The translations under genes and the position numbers were made by a program. The notes beneath the pieces were generated by a model. It saw nothing but the letters and a program-made list of their open reading frames with translations, did no database searches and had not been told where the DNA came from. Below are positions 44,117 through 58,503 of a stretch of DNA of 64,000 nucleotides, piece by piece (positions within the stretch are counted from its first letter, which is position 1; each line of letters begins with the position of its first letter). The stretch lies in assembly GCF_009914755.1 (NCBI RefSeq), contig NC_060928.1; one strand, written 5' to 3'. The stretch comes from the human T2T-CHM13v2.0 reference genome, Homo sapiens.

Positions 44117-44853
44117 TGCTATGGTTTGAATTTTTGTCTCCTCTAAAACTCATATTGAAATTTAATCTTCAACATGGCAGTATTGAGAGGCCAGAGCATT
44201 TAAGAAGTGACTGGGGACGGGTGCAGTGGCTCACACCTGTAATCCCAGCACTTTGGGAGGCCAAAGCGGGTGGATCACAAGGTCAGGAGTTCAAGACCAG
44301 CCTGGCCAAGATGGTGAAACCCCATCTCTACTAAAAATACAAAAATTAGCCAGGAGCGGTGGCAGGTGCCAGTAATCCCAGCTAATCAGGAGGCTGAGGC
44401 AGGAGAATCACTTGAACCCTGGGGTCGGGGGCACAGGTTGCAGTGAGCTGAGATCGTGCCACTGCACTCCAGCCTGGGGGACAGAGTGAGACTCCATCTC
44501 AAAAAATAAAAATAAAATAAAATAGAAGTGATTAGGTTATGTGAGCTCTTGTCCTCATGAATGTATTATTTCGTTCCTGTATTAATGGATTAATGGGTTA
44601 TCAGAAGAGTGAGAATGATGGATTTCCAAGAAGAGGAAGACAGACCTGAGCTAGCATGCTCAACTCTATCACATGATGCCCTGCACCAGCTCAGAACTCT
44701 GCAGAGAGTGTCTGTCAGCAAGGAGGTTCTCACCAGATGTGGTCACTCAACCTTGGACTTCTCAGCCTCCATTACTGTAAGAAATAAATTCCTTTCCTTT
44801 ATAAATTTTTCAGTTTAAGGTATGTTATAAACAACAGAAAACAAACTAGGACA
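44117..44853 (+). mobile_element. MST (MSTB-like) MaLR solo LTR containing an Alu
   Basis: tgctatggtttgaat ... aaactaggaca termini, AATAAA at 44783-44788, and 5-bp TSD atgac / gtgac. Confidence 0.88.
44214..44523 (+). mobile_element. AluS (Sg/Sc-like)
   Basis: Full dimer with TSD agaagtgact / agaagtgatt. Confidence 0.95.
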
Positions 44854-45222
44854 GTGACCACAATACAAATTATAAAGTGTGCTCAGAGTGCACAAAATTT
44901 ATAAATGCACCAGGAATAAGTGTCTATACATTGGAAATAGAAATAAAATCACGTGTGGGTGTTTCAAGCTAGAGCAGAAAAAGAGCCAGGAGCTATATAG
45001 CTATATAGTAATAATAAGTATTCAGAATAACAAGGGACCTAGATATGAAATTCTGTATATCTGATGATCAGGAGATGATCAGAACAGCCAGTGAGCAGGC
45101 CAGGAGAGCAGATGTATGAGGCAGGTTTGAAGGGGAATTTAAACACAAAAGGACACCCTTCCCCAAAATATTGTACTTACCACTAAGTGAACACTTACTT
45201 AAATTTCAGTTAAGCAATTTGG

Positions 45223-45601
45223 TGTGTTACTCCATTTTCCCACCGCTATAAGAATTGACCAAGAATGGGTAATTTACAAAGGAAAGAGGTTTAATTGACT
45301 TACAGTTCCATATGGCTGGTGAGGCCTCAGGAAACTTACAATCATGGCTGAAGGTGAGGCGGAGGCAGACGCTATCTTCACAAGAAAATGCATGAAGAGA
45401 GAATGAATGAAGGAAGAACTTGCCAAACACTTAAAAAACCATCAGATGTTGTGAGAACTCACTCACTATCACAGGAACAGCATGGGAGAAACTACCCCCA
45501 TGATCGAATCACTTCCCACCGGGACCCTCCCATGACACGTGCGGTTTATGGGGATTAAAATTCAAGATAAGATTTGGGTGAGGACACAGCCAAAACATTT
45601 C
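45223..45601 (-). mobile_element. THE1 (C/D-like) solo LTR
   Basis: gggtaatttacaaaggaaagaggtttaattgact..gaggcctcaggaaacttacaatcatgg..gatttgggtgaggacacagccaaa. Confidence 0.9.
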
Positions 45602-46742
45602 TTTTGTTAACTCCATTAAACTAGAAAGTGGAAACGCCTTCCCCAGCTTTTAGTTTGTGCTGTTTTTAGTATGCTACACTACACACACTCTGAACATATT
45701 TTAAAATATTTAATGGAATGTATTTCCTGGATATTGCAAATAGAAGATAAGTGATAAAATATGAGTTTAAGGGAAAAGTAATAGCGATTTTTGACAGAGT
45801 TTTTTATTAACACGTCTAATAATTATATTTCGTGAGAAGATATCCTCAAGAATAATAATGCTAGTGAATAAATTGAAGATTTTACTTTCTCAGTCAACAA
45901 CAGATTTGATAATATAGGTGTTATATTTCTAAATATCTGCAATAATATCTAATTACATTTTTATTGTGAATGAGGGATTGACTATTCTGTACATTCTAGA
46001 GTTAAAAATGTTTGTCTTGGTTAGAAAAAGCAGCAAATTCCAATACATAACTGAAAACCTAGGCCTAGTTTTGTATATGGAAAGAGTTAAATCAAAGGCT
46101 CAAATGACAATCAGAACACTCCCAACTTATAATAAACTGTAGTTGATTAATAGCAGTGAATGACTATGAAGTATGAGGAAGTCAGCTTTAGAGAGGAGAG
46201 GTACGGAAGTTAACTGAAAGACGGAGCTGGAAATCATGTAAAATCCTTGCATTAAGGCCTAACAGCAATAAAAAATATCAGGTGTACACAACTACAAAAT
46301 GGTAGTTGAAGTTAAAAAACCTCAGTCAATATATCAAGTACAACTTAAATTTTAATTGCACAAATTATCTTTTAAAAATAGTATCTCAAACTAAAAACAA
46401 GGTGAATCAAAATGTGTCCATACCATAAAATAAAAATATTATAAATTTCTGGATTTTAATTTTTTTTAAAAAAATTAAATAATAGGTGAATATTTAAAAA
46501 CAATCAGCAAGTCTTCCAACAATCAACTGAAAACTAACTAGAACCATTCAATGTCTCACTTTCTAGTACAGGCCTTTGACAACATTTGCAGAATATCACC
46601 ACAATTAACGCTCCATATATATGCAGATAGAAGGATTGTTACAATGACAGAAAGGTGGAGAGGTAGAAAGTTAGACAGAAACCATTGCTCTTAAATGGAA
46701 TATTTCTCAATATTCCCATTGCAACTGAAATATGAAAAATAA

Positions 46743-47606
<864 letters not shown>

Positions 47607-48097
47607 ATATATATGTAAATACTATACTACATATATGTATGTATAGAATGTCAGAAACAACAAAAATAGAAGTAAAGCTGAAGCAATTATTAAATTGTAG
47701 ACACACGTTTCTTCAAAAACAAAAATATTACTTTTGAAAAGATACCTCTAACATAACATTTTGAGTATAATAAGTTGTTATCATAAGTGATTTTTTTTCT
47801 GTGACAAATTTTAGTTTCAGGCATTGGTATTAACTCCTACTCTGCAATATGAGGTTGTATGCACTGCTGCTCAGCTTACCCAAACTATAAATACTGATTT
47901 TTTATTAGAAAACAGATTTCATTTGCCTACTTTCTGCAACTACAATGTTTAGAATTTTCTCACCTTTAATCCATATTTTAAAAGTCAGCGTTCGAAACCA
48001 GTGTTTTCCCCATAGTTTTTCTATTCTTGAGTTTTTGCTTTTGTTCATCTCTTGATTGGCTAAGTTTCTTTTTATTTTTTGCATGCTGATAATTTTC

Positions 48098-48392
48098 ATA
48101 TTATTTTAAGTTTCACGGTACGTGTGTGGGATGTGGAGGTATATTACATAGATAAAGGTGTGTCATGGTGGTTTGCTGCACCTATCAACCCGTCACCTAA
48201 ATACTAAACCCAGCATCCATTAATTATTTTTCTTGATGTTCTCCCCCAGCCCGCACCTCCCACCACAGGCCCCAGTGTGTGTTGCTTCCCTCCTTGTGTC
48301 CACGCATTCTCATTGTTCACCTCCCACTTATGAATGAGAACATGCGGTGTCTGGTTTTCTGTTCCCGCATTAATGTGCTGAGGATAACAGCT
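48098..48392 (-). mobile_element. L1PA (10-13-like) 3' end within older antisense L1M sequence (~47800-49030)
   Basis: catggtggtttgctgcacctatcaacccgtcacct..ctcccacttatgaatgagaacatgcggtg. Confidence 0.88.
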
Positions 48393-49176
48393 AAATGAGG
48401 ATAACAGTTGATTATCAAAAAAAGGTTGGTTTGTTTTTTAATCAAGGCAAGCTTAAATATGCATTATTTCTTGGAGTATTAAAAGTCTATCTGTTATCAA
48501 TCCTTCCACTTGAAAGAAATTTTTGGGTCATATTCTCTTTTATCTAGAACTTTGTGTATACTTTTAAATAATGTTCTTTCATAAAATCTTATTAAGGGAA
48601 AATCTAGGCCAGCCTAAGTTTTTTCTCAGTTTTATTTTACTTCAGTAGTTATTTTTCTGCTTGGATTTCCATATTTTTTATTCCTTATTATATTTCAGCA
48701 AATTCATCTCTGTATATTTAGATGCCAATCATTTTGCATCTTTTTGTCCTCATAGAGTGGATATTCTTTTGATCCACAGTTTTAAATATTTGTTTCAGGA
48801 AATTTGAGGTAAGCTTTCTTCTGTAGTATTATTGAATACATTTTGTGGTGTTCTATTCCTCTAAACATAATTTTTGTGAATGTCAGATCTTTCAAATCTG
48901 TCTTTCATATTTATCATATTTTGTCATATACGTTTCTGTTTTGTTTATGTATACATTAAGGTATTTCTCCATCTACCTGAATGTTTCTTTGTTCAATATT
49001 TTAAAAATTATTTTTAACATTTTGCTCCAAAAATTTCCAGTGATATACAAGGTAGAGAGGCCAGTATCATGACCCAGCCTATCCTTGAAATTTACTAATT
49101 ATCAATTTGTGACATATTTTCCATTTATACAGTCATGAACCCCACTTGGAGTATTTAGAATTAAATATATAAGTCC

Positions 49177-49297
49177 AGGCCAGCTTCATGAGGGTATGAC
49201 CTGTGCAGTCACAAGTCTAGGTCTTTATGCTTTGAAAGATCTCACACTTGGTTGAATGCTCTGATATCACTGTCTTGAAATTTGTAATAGTTTTCAA
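49177..49297 (+). mobile_element. MER91A-like hAT MITE fragment
   Basis: caggccagcttcatg..gacctgtgcagtcaca..cttggttgaatgctctg..tcttgaaatt. Confidence 0.6.
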
Positions 49298-49574
49298 AGG
49301 ACAAACTCTGGAGCCAGTCTTGATCCCCATTCACTTTGATCTCAGATTCCTTGACCCTTTTAGAGCATACAAGTAACCCCAAAGTTAAAGTTAGTCCTAT
49401 AAGATATACTGATAATTGTATTAACAAGGAATTAGAAAATGACTATTAAGGTTTTCACGTTTCATATATTTACACACACTATCTTTAATTTTCACTTGCA
49501 CCCTATAAGAAAATATAAGATTAAATATATTTGAAAATTTAGGGGGGAAGATAATACAGTTTAAATTACATTAA

Positions 49575-49730
49575 ATTAGGGTCAGAGACTCTAGGTTACA
49601 TTGACTTTGTCATTTACCCATGAATCTCAGCAATCATTTCCCCCTGTTTGATATTCTCTATTGAAAAGAGGGCAGCATAATTCCTGTGATATAAAATTAT
49701 TAGAACACATTGTATAAAGTATCTTGAAAA
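49575..49730. mobile_element. MIR fragment
   Basis: gtcagagactctaggtt..tctctattgaaaagagggc..tgtataaagtatcttg resembles a MIR core. Confidence 0.4.
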
Positions 49731-50881
49731 GATGTGTGGTCGATGTATGACTTTTCTTATCTCATTTTCTTGTGTTTAATAATAGGAAATGTTATTTGGC
49801 TTGAGTATTCTGGAGAATGAAAAGAGTAGAACTCTTTAGTAGGGTTGATCTTAAAATAGATTTTTGGATGCTACAAACTATGTGCTGTGTTAGTGATAGC
49901 AAATCTTTGGAATTGGAGAAAAATGGAATGTGTGAGAGAAATGGTCCTAGTTATTTACCTGATCTTTCCATCTCCTCCTATTCTCTAACCAAACACTGAA
50001 ACGACAAGCCAGAATAAGAAACAATTTTAGGAAGTACAATAGAAAGATTGAAGTAAATGATTATAAGTAAGATTTTTTGGTTACAGGAAAAAAAATTAAT
50101 TTAGTTAACTTAAGCAGAAAAAGGAATCATTATTGGAAAGACATTTGGGGGCTTATAAAATTCCTTTGGAGGCTAACAAGTTAGTCTGAGAAAACAGGCA
50201 GAAATGAAGAAAGGCTTGCCAATGGGTAAGCCAAGACCACGTTTAAGAAGAATTTGCTGAGGATGCCATTTCTAGCACATGTTGTCAATGCTAATGTTAG
50301 GTTCTGTCAGGAAGCATTCAAAACCACAACCATGAACTTTGTACAGTCATTACCAAAAATAATTATCTTTTAATAAAATGGATTTAAAAAGTTCATATCT
50401 GTTAATCTACTTGTGTGTAAGGCTGTATATATTTATGAAGAAATACATGATAGAGCGTGTATCAAAATATAAATAGATTTTATCTCAAAGTGTTAGAATT
50501 TAATCTTTCTTCATTATGTTTATCTGTACATTATTTATAAGAAGGTAATATTTATATAATTAGAGTATTAATCAAATTCACTCTCTTGTAAAGAAAAAAA
50601 TTTCTGGCTTTAAAATTAGCCATTTATTACAAGGACTGAATATATCATAAACATATGATTATATTTTGACATGGATAGTTATAACATTCTATTACATAAC
50701 TCTCTAGATAGTGGCAGTCAACAAATAGAGTATAATCTTACTGTATGGATATGCTAGAATTACTTATAAATCAGGAACAAAGATAGAAATGGCCTTTCCC
50801 ACTGTTCCCTGTGTAAGAAAATTAAATTAATCTGCTGGGAGTGATAAAGAAAATTGAGGACTCCAAAGGTAGGTAAAATTC

Positions 50882-51175
50882 TTTTCTTTGTAATTTTTTA
50901 GAGATAGGATCTTGCTCTGTTGCCCAGCCTGGAATGTAGTGGCACAGCGAGCTCATGGCAGCCTTGAACTCCTGGGCTCAAGTGATCTTTTAGCCTCAAA
51001 CTCCCATGCAGCTGGGACTACAAACCCATGACACCACACTTGGCTAATTTCTAAAATATTTTGTAGAGACAGAGTCTTGTTATGTTGTCCAGGCTGGTCT
51101 GGAACTCTTGGGCTCAAGCAATCTTCCCACCTTCTAAAGCTCTGGGATTTTAAGTATGAACCACTGCACCTTGCC
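50882..51175 (-). mobile_element. AluJ
   Basis: gcagccttgaactcctgggctcaagtgatc diagnostics, with TSD aggtaaaattc / aggtgaaactt. Confidence 0.92.
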
Positions 51176-52234
51176 AGGTGAAACTTTTAAGAGGATATTT
51201 TAATTTAGTTTTGTTGAGCTGACCCCAAAACATCTCTTCTGATTATTATCACCTACAAATGGAAGCAACAAATGGAGGCAACAAAAGGGAAGATTTAATC
51301 ATTACCAGGTGTCAGCTATTCTTGAAGGAATTCACTGTTAAAAAGTATGGACTGAGCATTGCATTACTCCAATTGAAGAAAAGTTTTGAGAGCAGATTAT
51401 GGCCACATGGGTCCAGTGGGGAGTGAAAGAGCTTTAGAAATAATCTTAGCTAAAGGATTTATTTGACCCGTATGAATGTAAAGGCCAATCCCAAAGTATA
51501 ACTAGTGCCCACTGCCTTGAGCAGCTTAGGGCAGATTCCTGCAAGATTTATACCCATAAGCTTATTCAAAGTCATAAACTTTATGGGATACTCTGCATTA
51601 CCTCCCTGACATTAAATACTGATGGCCAAGGTCTAGAAGAAATATGGGTCATATCTAATAACCTCACTAGTAAAGAATGAGTATTTCTGATGTGGGGTCA
51701 TGAGTCATGTGCCATTTCTCAGGCACTTTGAAAATGATAATTTTATTATTAATTCAGAATTCACAGAAACTTCTGCCACAGTATGAATTTCAGGCCTCTA
51801 AAGTAAAGAAATTCGACACTATCCCAGCCATCTCCAAACGAAAACACTGCAAAGGACCTGGGAGTTTAATTAAATGCTGCTGAATATGCTGTAGAAACTA
51901 CACTGAAAACAAGATGCAGAATTACCATTGTGTGCCTCTGATGGCACTAGGAATGCAGTTATTGATTTTCCTTCTTGTTTCATGATGTTTGGTCGGGAGT
52001 CTAGGCTACATATTGATCACCACTTTGAGCTGGGTGAAGGAAGTCAGGCATTGGGAAATGTTTACTCAATATGCAGCTAACCAGAGGGGCAAGCTGCAAG
52101 AAAATTTTGGTTAGTTACTCTGGTTAGATAATGTAAAAGGAAAAACAAACAACAAACAACAAAACAAAAACAAAAAACAATGGAATGATGTCTAACTGAT
52201 ATTCAAAGGAGAGAAGAAAGTGTATTATTTGCGA

Positions 52235-52590
52235 TGGTCTCTACATTATACTTTGGTAATCAATCAACTCAACATCTCAGCAGCTCAAAGCAACACTTAT
52301 TCCCAACTCATGATACATGTCCATTGTGCCACCTGCTGATTTTGCTCTGCTCTATCTTCTCCTGTCATTCAGGCCGAGGAAATGGCCACAGTGGAGTATA
52401 CTGTCCACCTTCACTTTAGTGGGAAAGAGAGCACCAGACCTAGAAGCATTTTACACAACTTTAGTCCACATCTCATTGGCCAAATAAAGTAACAAAGCTG
52501 TAACTAATGTCAAAGAGTCATGTTAAGTACAATTCTGCCATATGTCTAAAAGCAGAATTGGAATATTTGAAAGAGTCTTTATGACTATCA
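52235..52590 (-). mobile_element. Old MLT1-type LTR fragment (a similar fragment lies at ~50060-50340)
   Basis: aacatctcagcagctcaaagcaacacttatt..ccacatctcattggccaaataaagt. Confidence 0.5.
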
Positions 52591-53219
52591 TTTCTATTAC
52601 AATTGTAATTTCAATTACAATGCTGTAGACTTTCAAGTAAAAGAAAGATCTGAACATCTACGCTCTTTCTTATATTACTTGTATACAAAATTATAGAGAA
52701 GATTGAGACTGGCTAGTTTGCTGTCTGTAGAAAAATCGATTTCCCACATATGAATTCCAAGAGTAATATTCTCTTTGTAGTCATGTATTCCATCCTTTTC
52801 AGAGAAGATGTGCACAAGAGCAGGGACAGTTTCTCAATGAGAAAGTATATGTTTTATCTCTTAATCTCCAGGAATGAAGAAAGGATTGAACAATGAGTTA
52901 CTTTCATAAAAATGGGTGTGATTTTCTGCTAAGTTAGGGAGAATGCTCATTTAAGCCACGTGGTACATAGAAGCTACTGCTCTGAAGAAATATATATTAG
53001 GTTAAAAAAAGTCTTGTTTATCTTAAGCATGGTGGCGAGAAAACAGGAGCTATGACAGAAAGCTTAGTGAGAATATTACTGCTCTAAAAGTTATAAAGTA
53101 TAACAAAAATAATACTTCAATATTGTTTAAGGAGGAAGCATAGTAAATCATAACATTTAAGATTTTCCAAAAAAGAATCAACATTGATATATCAGAAATT
53201 CAAAGAGAAAATAACTTCT

Positions 53220-53790
53220 TTTTCAACCAAAATATATTAATAGTTGACATAACAAAAATGTACAGATATCGAATTATCCATTCAATGAGTTTTGGTCATT
53301 GTTTACACCTATGTAACCATTATCCCAAACAAGATATAGAATATTTCCTTCCTCCTGGAGTGTTTCCTCATACCTTTTTCTAGTAAATCTCCTCCTCCGT
53401 ACCAAAAGGAATAACTTACTGACTTCTATTACCACTGATTAGTATGTTTTCATATTTTTTCACCTCATCTGCATGTATTATTTGTCTTTGGCTTCTTGAG
53501 TCAATAACATTTATTCATGTTGTTGAATGTATCAGTAGTGTGTTACTTTTATCCCTGAGTAGATTTTCATTTTACCATTATGTCACAGGTGTATATAGAT
53601 TCACTTGTAGATGGACATTTGGGTTGTCTCCATTTTGGGGACACTATGAATTAGCTGCAATGGTCATTCTCATACAAAACATTTTGTGGACTTATCTTTT
53701 AACTTATCATGGAAATATACTTAGAATGAAATTGCTAGATCATTGCACAGCTGCATATTTAACTCTATAAGATACTTTTATATTTCTTAC
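53220..53790 (-). mobile_element. L1MB/ME 3' fragment
   Basis: caatgagttttgg..aacaagatatagaatatttcc..gatggacatttgggttgt. Confidence 0.75.
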
Positions 53791-53821
53791 CTTCAAAAAC
53801 AGGCTCACAAATTCCTTATCA

Positions 53822-54015
<194 letters not shown>

Positions 54016-54053
54016 GCTAAAGGTTTATACTATCTGAAGATAAACCAGAGTAC

Positions 54054-54331
54054 AGAAAACCAAACAGTGCGTGTTCTCACTCATAAGTGGGAGCTGAACA
54101 ATGAGAACACATGGACACAGGGAGGGGAACAAGACACACCATGACCTGTTGTGGGGGTGGTGGGCAAGCGGAGGGAGAGCATTAGGACAAATACCTAATG
54201 CACGCAGGGCTTAAAACCTAGATGACAGGTTGGTAGATGCAGCAAACCACCATGGCACATGTATACATATGTAATAAACCTGCACATTCTGCACATGTAT
54301 CCCAGAACTTAAAGTAAAATTTAAAAAGAAA
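54054..54331 (+). mobile_element. L1PA (7/8-like) 3' end
   Basis: gttctcactcataagtgggagctgaacaatgagaacacatggacac..cccagaacttaaagtaaaa, flanked by agagta on both sides. Confidence 0.93.
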
Positions 54332-54636
54332 AGAGTAATGAATATTAAAAGGAACTCATCCCCCCAAAAGGCAGGTTATTGAGTTACTACCTTAATAATG
54401 AACTGGAAGGACACTAGAGGAACAGTCCATGTAGCCCATTTCTCGGGACAATAGATGAGAGTCATCTGGTCTGAAAAGGGGGAAGCCACTTAATGGGATT
54501 TGTCTTTAGTGGAAGTTATTAGGGCTGGAGAGAGAAGAGTTTGTGCTTTTCAGGGGTGGATCTCATGGGAAGAAACACAGTGAGGGCCAAAAATTAGCTA
54601 CACAAAATCAAACCAATGCCTGTTGACTATTGCAAA

Positions 54637-54857
54637 CTTGCTCAATCCGTGGCCTGCAGGCCACATTGTGGCCCAGGATGGCTTTAAATGTGGCCCAACA
54701 CAAATTCATAAACTTTCTTAAAACATTATGAGGTTTTTTTTTGGCAGTTTTTTAAAAGCTCATCAGTTATTGTTAGTGTTAGTGTATTTGATGTGTGGTC
54801 CAAGACAATTCTTCTTCCAGTGTGGCCCAGGGAAGCCAAAAGATAGGACACCTTTGG
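54637..54857. mobile_element. MER30 hAT-Charlie MITE
   Basis: ggcccaacacaaattcataaactttcttaaaacattatgag..gtggcccagggaagccaaaagataggacacc. Confidence 0.88.
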
Positions 54858-56099
54858 TCTATAGATTTTGTCAGCCTAGTGAATTACACCTGTCACCTAA
54901 GGTGATTACTAGGTTTTTTCCTTCTCTTTAGTGAAGGAATACACTGTCAGCAGCTTCCAGTTGGCACAGTTCCCCTAAGTCATTCAGCAGAAATGATTGT
55001 CACTTGTGTACTGAAATTTTCAGATCGCTATCTCTGTTGTCCTATCTGGAGCTTCTGTCTTTCAATGGCTTGGAGACTTTTATCTTTATAACCTTCAACA
55101 TAGAAAAAGAGATTGTGGACATTGAGAGAAGCAGTGGTGGTTTGAAAAATAAAGTTCTCATGACTTGTACTTAACTGGGACTTCACTGTGGCACTGTGGG
55201 TAGAATGCAAACCCATTATATGGAGCTTTCATATTTGCTTAGTATTTCTGGGTCCTGGAAGTAAATGCACTAGCCTTTGAATAACTCTCATAATGTAGCT
55301 TTTCTTAAACATTGAGTCTTCCCAGTTGCAATGCAGAGATGTATTTTTTGCTTTGTGGAATGTAGCCACTACTGATTTCCTTCTTTTTGATTGTATAGAA
55401 GGACTCAAAAAGTATGTGTCAGCTGAAATATAAACATTTTTATAGCCAATTACAAGGCTTTTGTTCAAAAAAAATCTAACTACCAACTAGTTTCTCAATG
55501 TCAATTTGATAATACAGTATAGGTTACTTTTAAATTTAAAATAGTAATTGGTCTAATCAACAACTGTTTTTGTTTTTGGAGGAAGATTCCATTTAAACTA
55601 AAACGTTTTGGTCTATGTAATACAACGTTCCTGATGTTGTAAATTAAGGCAACATTTCTTAGCTACACCTGAGAAATTAGGTATATTCATGCCACGAGTT
55701 GGTTTTTGTCAAAAGAATAAAATTCAATGAGGCATCATTATTCACTTAGAAGGCAAGGATATTTAACACTAACAAGATCATTTAACAAGAAGCCACTCTA
55801 GCAGTTTAATCTGGCATATATGAATGGAGCTGAATGAAAACAGAAAATATCTACTATACATAGAAGACTGCAGTAATGGTTGGATTTTTATAATCATAAA
55901 TAATTTTAATCTTCCTGAAATGAATTGAGTCTTATCACATCATAAATGGCTTTCACACTGAAAATATAATGGTTGTATCTCATTATATTATTCAATTTCT
56001 TAGCAGCCAAATTTGTTTCAGTAGACCAGTTCTTCCTAAAATCACATTTCTCCATTGGTCTCTTTGACCTCACACTCTTGTCTTTTTCAGATTACTTTA

Positions 56100-56730
56100 T
56101 TGTGTCCCAAGTCTTGGCCCAAGTTCCTCTAGAAACAGAACCTGAAGCAAAGATCATTTGCTAATGTTTTATTAGGAAATGACTTCAAAGAAAGTTAGAA
56201 TAAAGGAAATTATTATTTAATAATAAACAAGGAAAAAGAGAAAAGCAAATAAAAGATTAATTTCTAAGTTGAACACAATTTCTCAAGAAATACTACCCCC
56301 GGCAAAATAGCACAAAACAGAAGAATTTCATCTGGGTTCAGTACGTTGTGGGAAAAAAAAAAAAGGAGAAAGAAAAATTTATCTATCAGTTTTATCCAGT
56401 ATCCTGCCTCTTATTGCTTAAAGTGCACCCTAAGGGAAATTATCCTCCCCTGCACTTTCGGAATGTGTTAGCCAGCCTTTATGGGCAGCTGTTGGAGAAC
56501 ATAGAGCTTCTATGGTTACAGTCAAGTCTGAATGGACACTGGTGTTTCTGTGGTCCCAAGCTTATCACGTACAGCAGAAGTCATGCTGAACCCAGCATTT
56601 GACTATAAGAAAGGCCAAAACACTCTGAAGTAATATTATGATAAAAGTGGCCAGAGTTTTTACCCTTAGGCCCAGAAGCATGGCAAGCAGTTAAGAACAG
56701 GTAGGTAGGCTCAGGCAGTGAGGATGAAGT
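56100..56730 (-). mobile_element. Old ERVL LTR remnant
   Basis: Antisense LTR end: tgtgtcc..gttcctctagaaacagaacctgaagcaaag..ttttattaggaa. Confidence 0.5.
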
Positions 56731-56879
56731 GAATCATTGCTTTAGTATTCTGTTGTGTTCCCTTTTTGGCTTTCTAACTACCATTCTGATTCATTTTTTT
56801 TTCAGTAGTAGTTGATCTAGGGTTTGAAATATTCATTTTTTACTTAATAAACTCCATGTTGGTAATGCAGGCCCATAGA

Positions 56880-58190
56880 ACTTGGCAAAGATTAAGGGTG
56901 GAGAAACTCATTTGCACCCTGGATGAGTAAAAGGCAGTGACTGGCTGCTGGAAGAGAGACATGAAGCCCATCACACCACAGACTCAGGCTGGTACACAGC
57001 AGGTGTCTGTCACTGAAGGAAAAGCAAGAACCTTGATCACAGGGAAGATTAGAAAAGACCTCCTCCAGAAATACTGGATAAATTGATAGAAATTGCTCTT
57101 TCTCACTTTTTACTATTTTCTTGACAGTGTACTGCACTCAGATAAAATTCTCATGCTGTTTTGCAGGGGATAGAGAGGCAGGATCAAAAGCTGTTTTTCT
57201 TGAGAAACTGTGTTCAGCTTAGAAACTAACATCTCTGTGAGCAAGGAAATGACCCTGATCTGACTGGAAAGTTTTCTACCACAAAGAGAAGTGTAGAAAT
57301 CCACGCCTCCCCCGCCAATTCCTTTAGTTTTAGGCAAAACTATTACAATGACATTGGCAAAAGTCATCAGCTGCTGGAAGATAGGTAGCAAACTAACTTA
57401 TGACAAGATATTTTTCAAATGAAAAAGAGAGGTCTTCTATCACTGCAGGAGGGGTGGAAGTCCTGTCTGTGTGCTAGACTCTGTATTGAGTAGGAGGAAG
57501 AGATTTTCTGTTAAGAAGGAAGGGCAAAAACACTGAAAAATTCTCATCTCTGAAGGTCAAACATTGAGGGATTACTTAATATTAAGCCTGGAACAAAATA
57601 AAGAGGATAACGAAAATTCCCCTGTTCTCCACAAGCCATGCATGGAGAAACAAGAGTAGACTGCCACTGAAAGAAACATCAGAATGTAGAGAGAAAGCCC
57701 TTCCATGACAAAGGTTTGCAAGATCTACTGAAAGCTAAAAGCAAGCAGAAAAGTTGCACTAAAAACCAACATTGCATGAACAACACTAAGAACAAGGTAG
57801 CATCAATCAACAGTGGAAGGAATTTGAAGATGGTAATACTGAAAGAAACCATGACAACAAATACTCAAACCCAGCTCAACTCAGTTTCCCAGCTAACCGA
57901 CATACAAAAAAAGAGGCACAACAACGTTCAGTCAAAAATTTTACTTACCTCTATCTCTATTGTTCTTTTACAGACAATTTCCAGAATTTAAACATAAATT
58001 ACTAGACATATGTAAAGCAAGAAAAAAGGTTGTCCTTTGTTACATTATGAACCAGTTGACAGAAATAGACACAAACATGGCCTATGTGTTGAGACTAACA
58101 AACAGATATTAAAATAACTATCAATGATATATGAAATATATTGTGAAAAATGTGGACAACGTTCAAATGGGTGGAAAAATTGTGCCTGCA
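56880..58190 (+). mobile_element. Old L1M 5' region fragment
   Basis: aacataaattactagacatatgtaaagcaagaaaa..gaaccag..cctatgtgttgagacta..ttaaaataactat resemble the L1M 5'/ORF1 start. Confidence 0.45.
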
Positions 58191-58331
58191 AAGTCTTACC
58201 CCTTGTGGCTGGCACCATCCCACACATGTCCCCACTCAAAACAGGAATATACTGTCCACACACTGCTCACCAGTGAAAGGCTTGTCTTTCTCTAGAATTC
58301 TGTTTATTAAGACTTTCTTTACCCTGGCTCT

Positions 58332-58335
58332 TTAC

Positions 58336-58370
<35 letters not shown>

Positions 58371-58373
58371 TTT
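58332..58373. repeat. (TTTA)n microsatellite
   Basis: About 10 units. Confidence 0.9.
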
Positions 58374-58503
58374 TAATATATTTTATCTAACCAAGAAATG
58401 AACCCCTGGCTCTCTGATAGCACACTAGAAAACCTGGATTTTTATCGTATCTGGTTTTAGCTTGTTGAGAATATGAAAGCAAACATCTTTTGTATCTTTT
58501 TTT

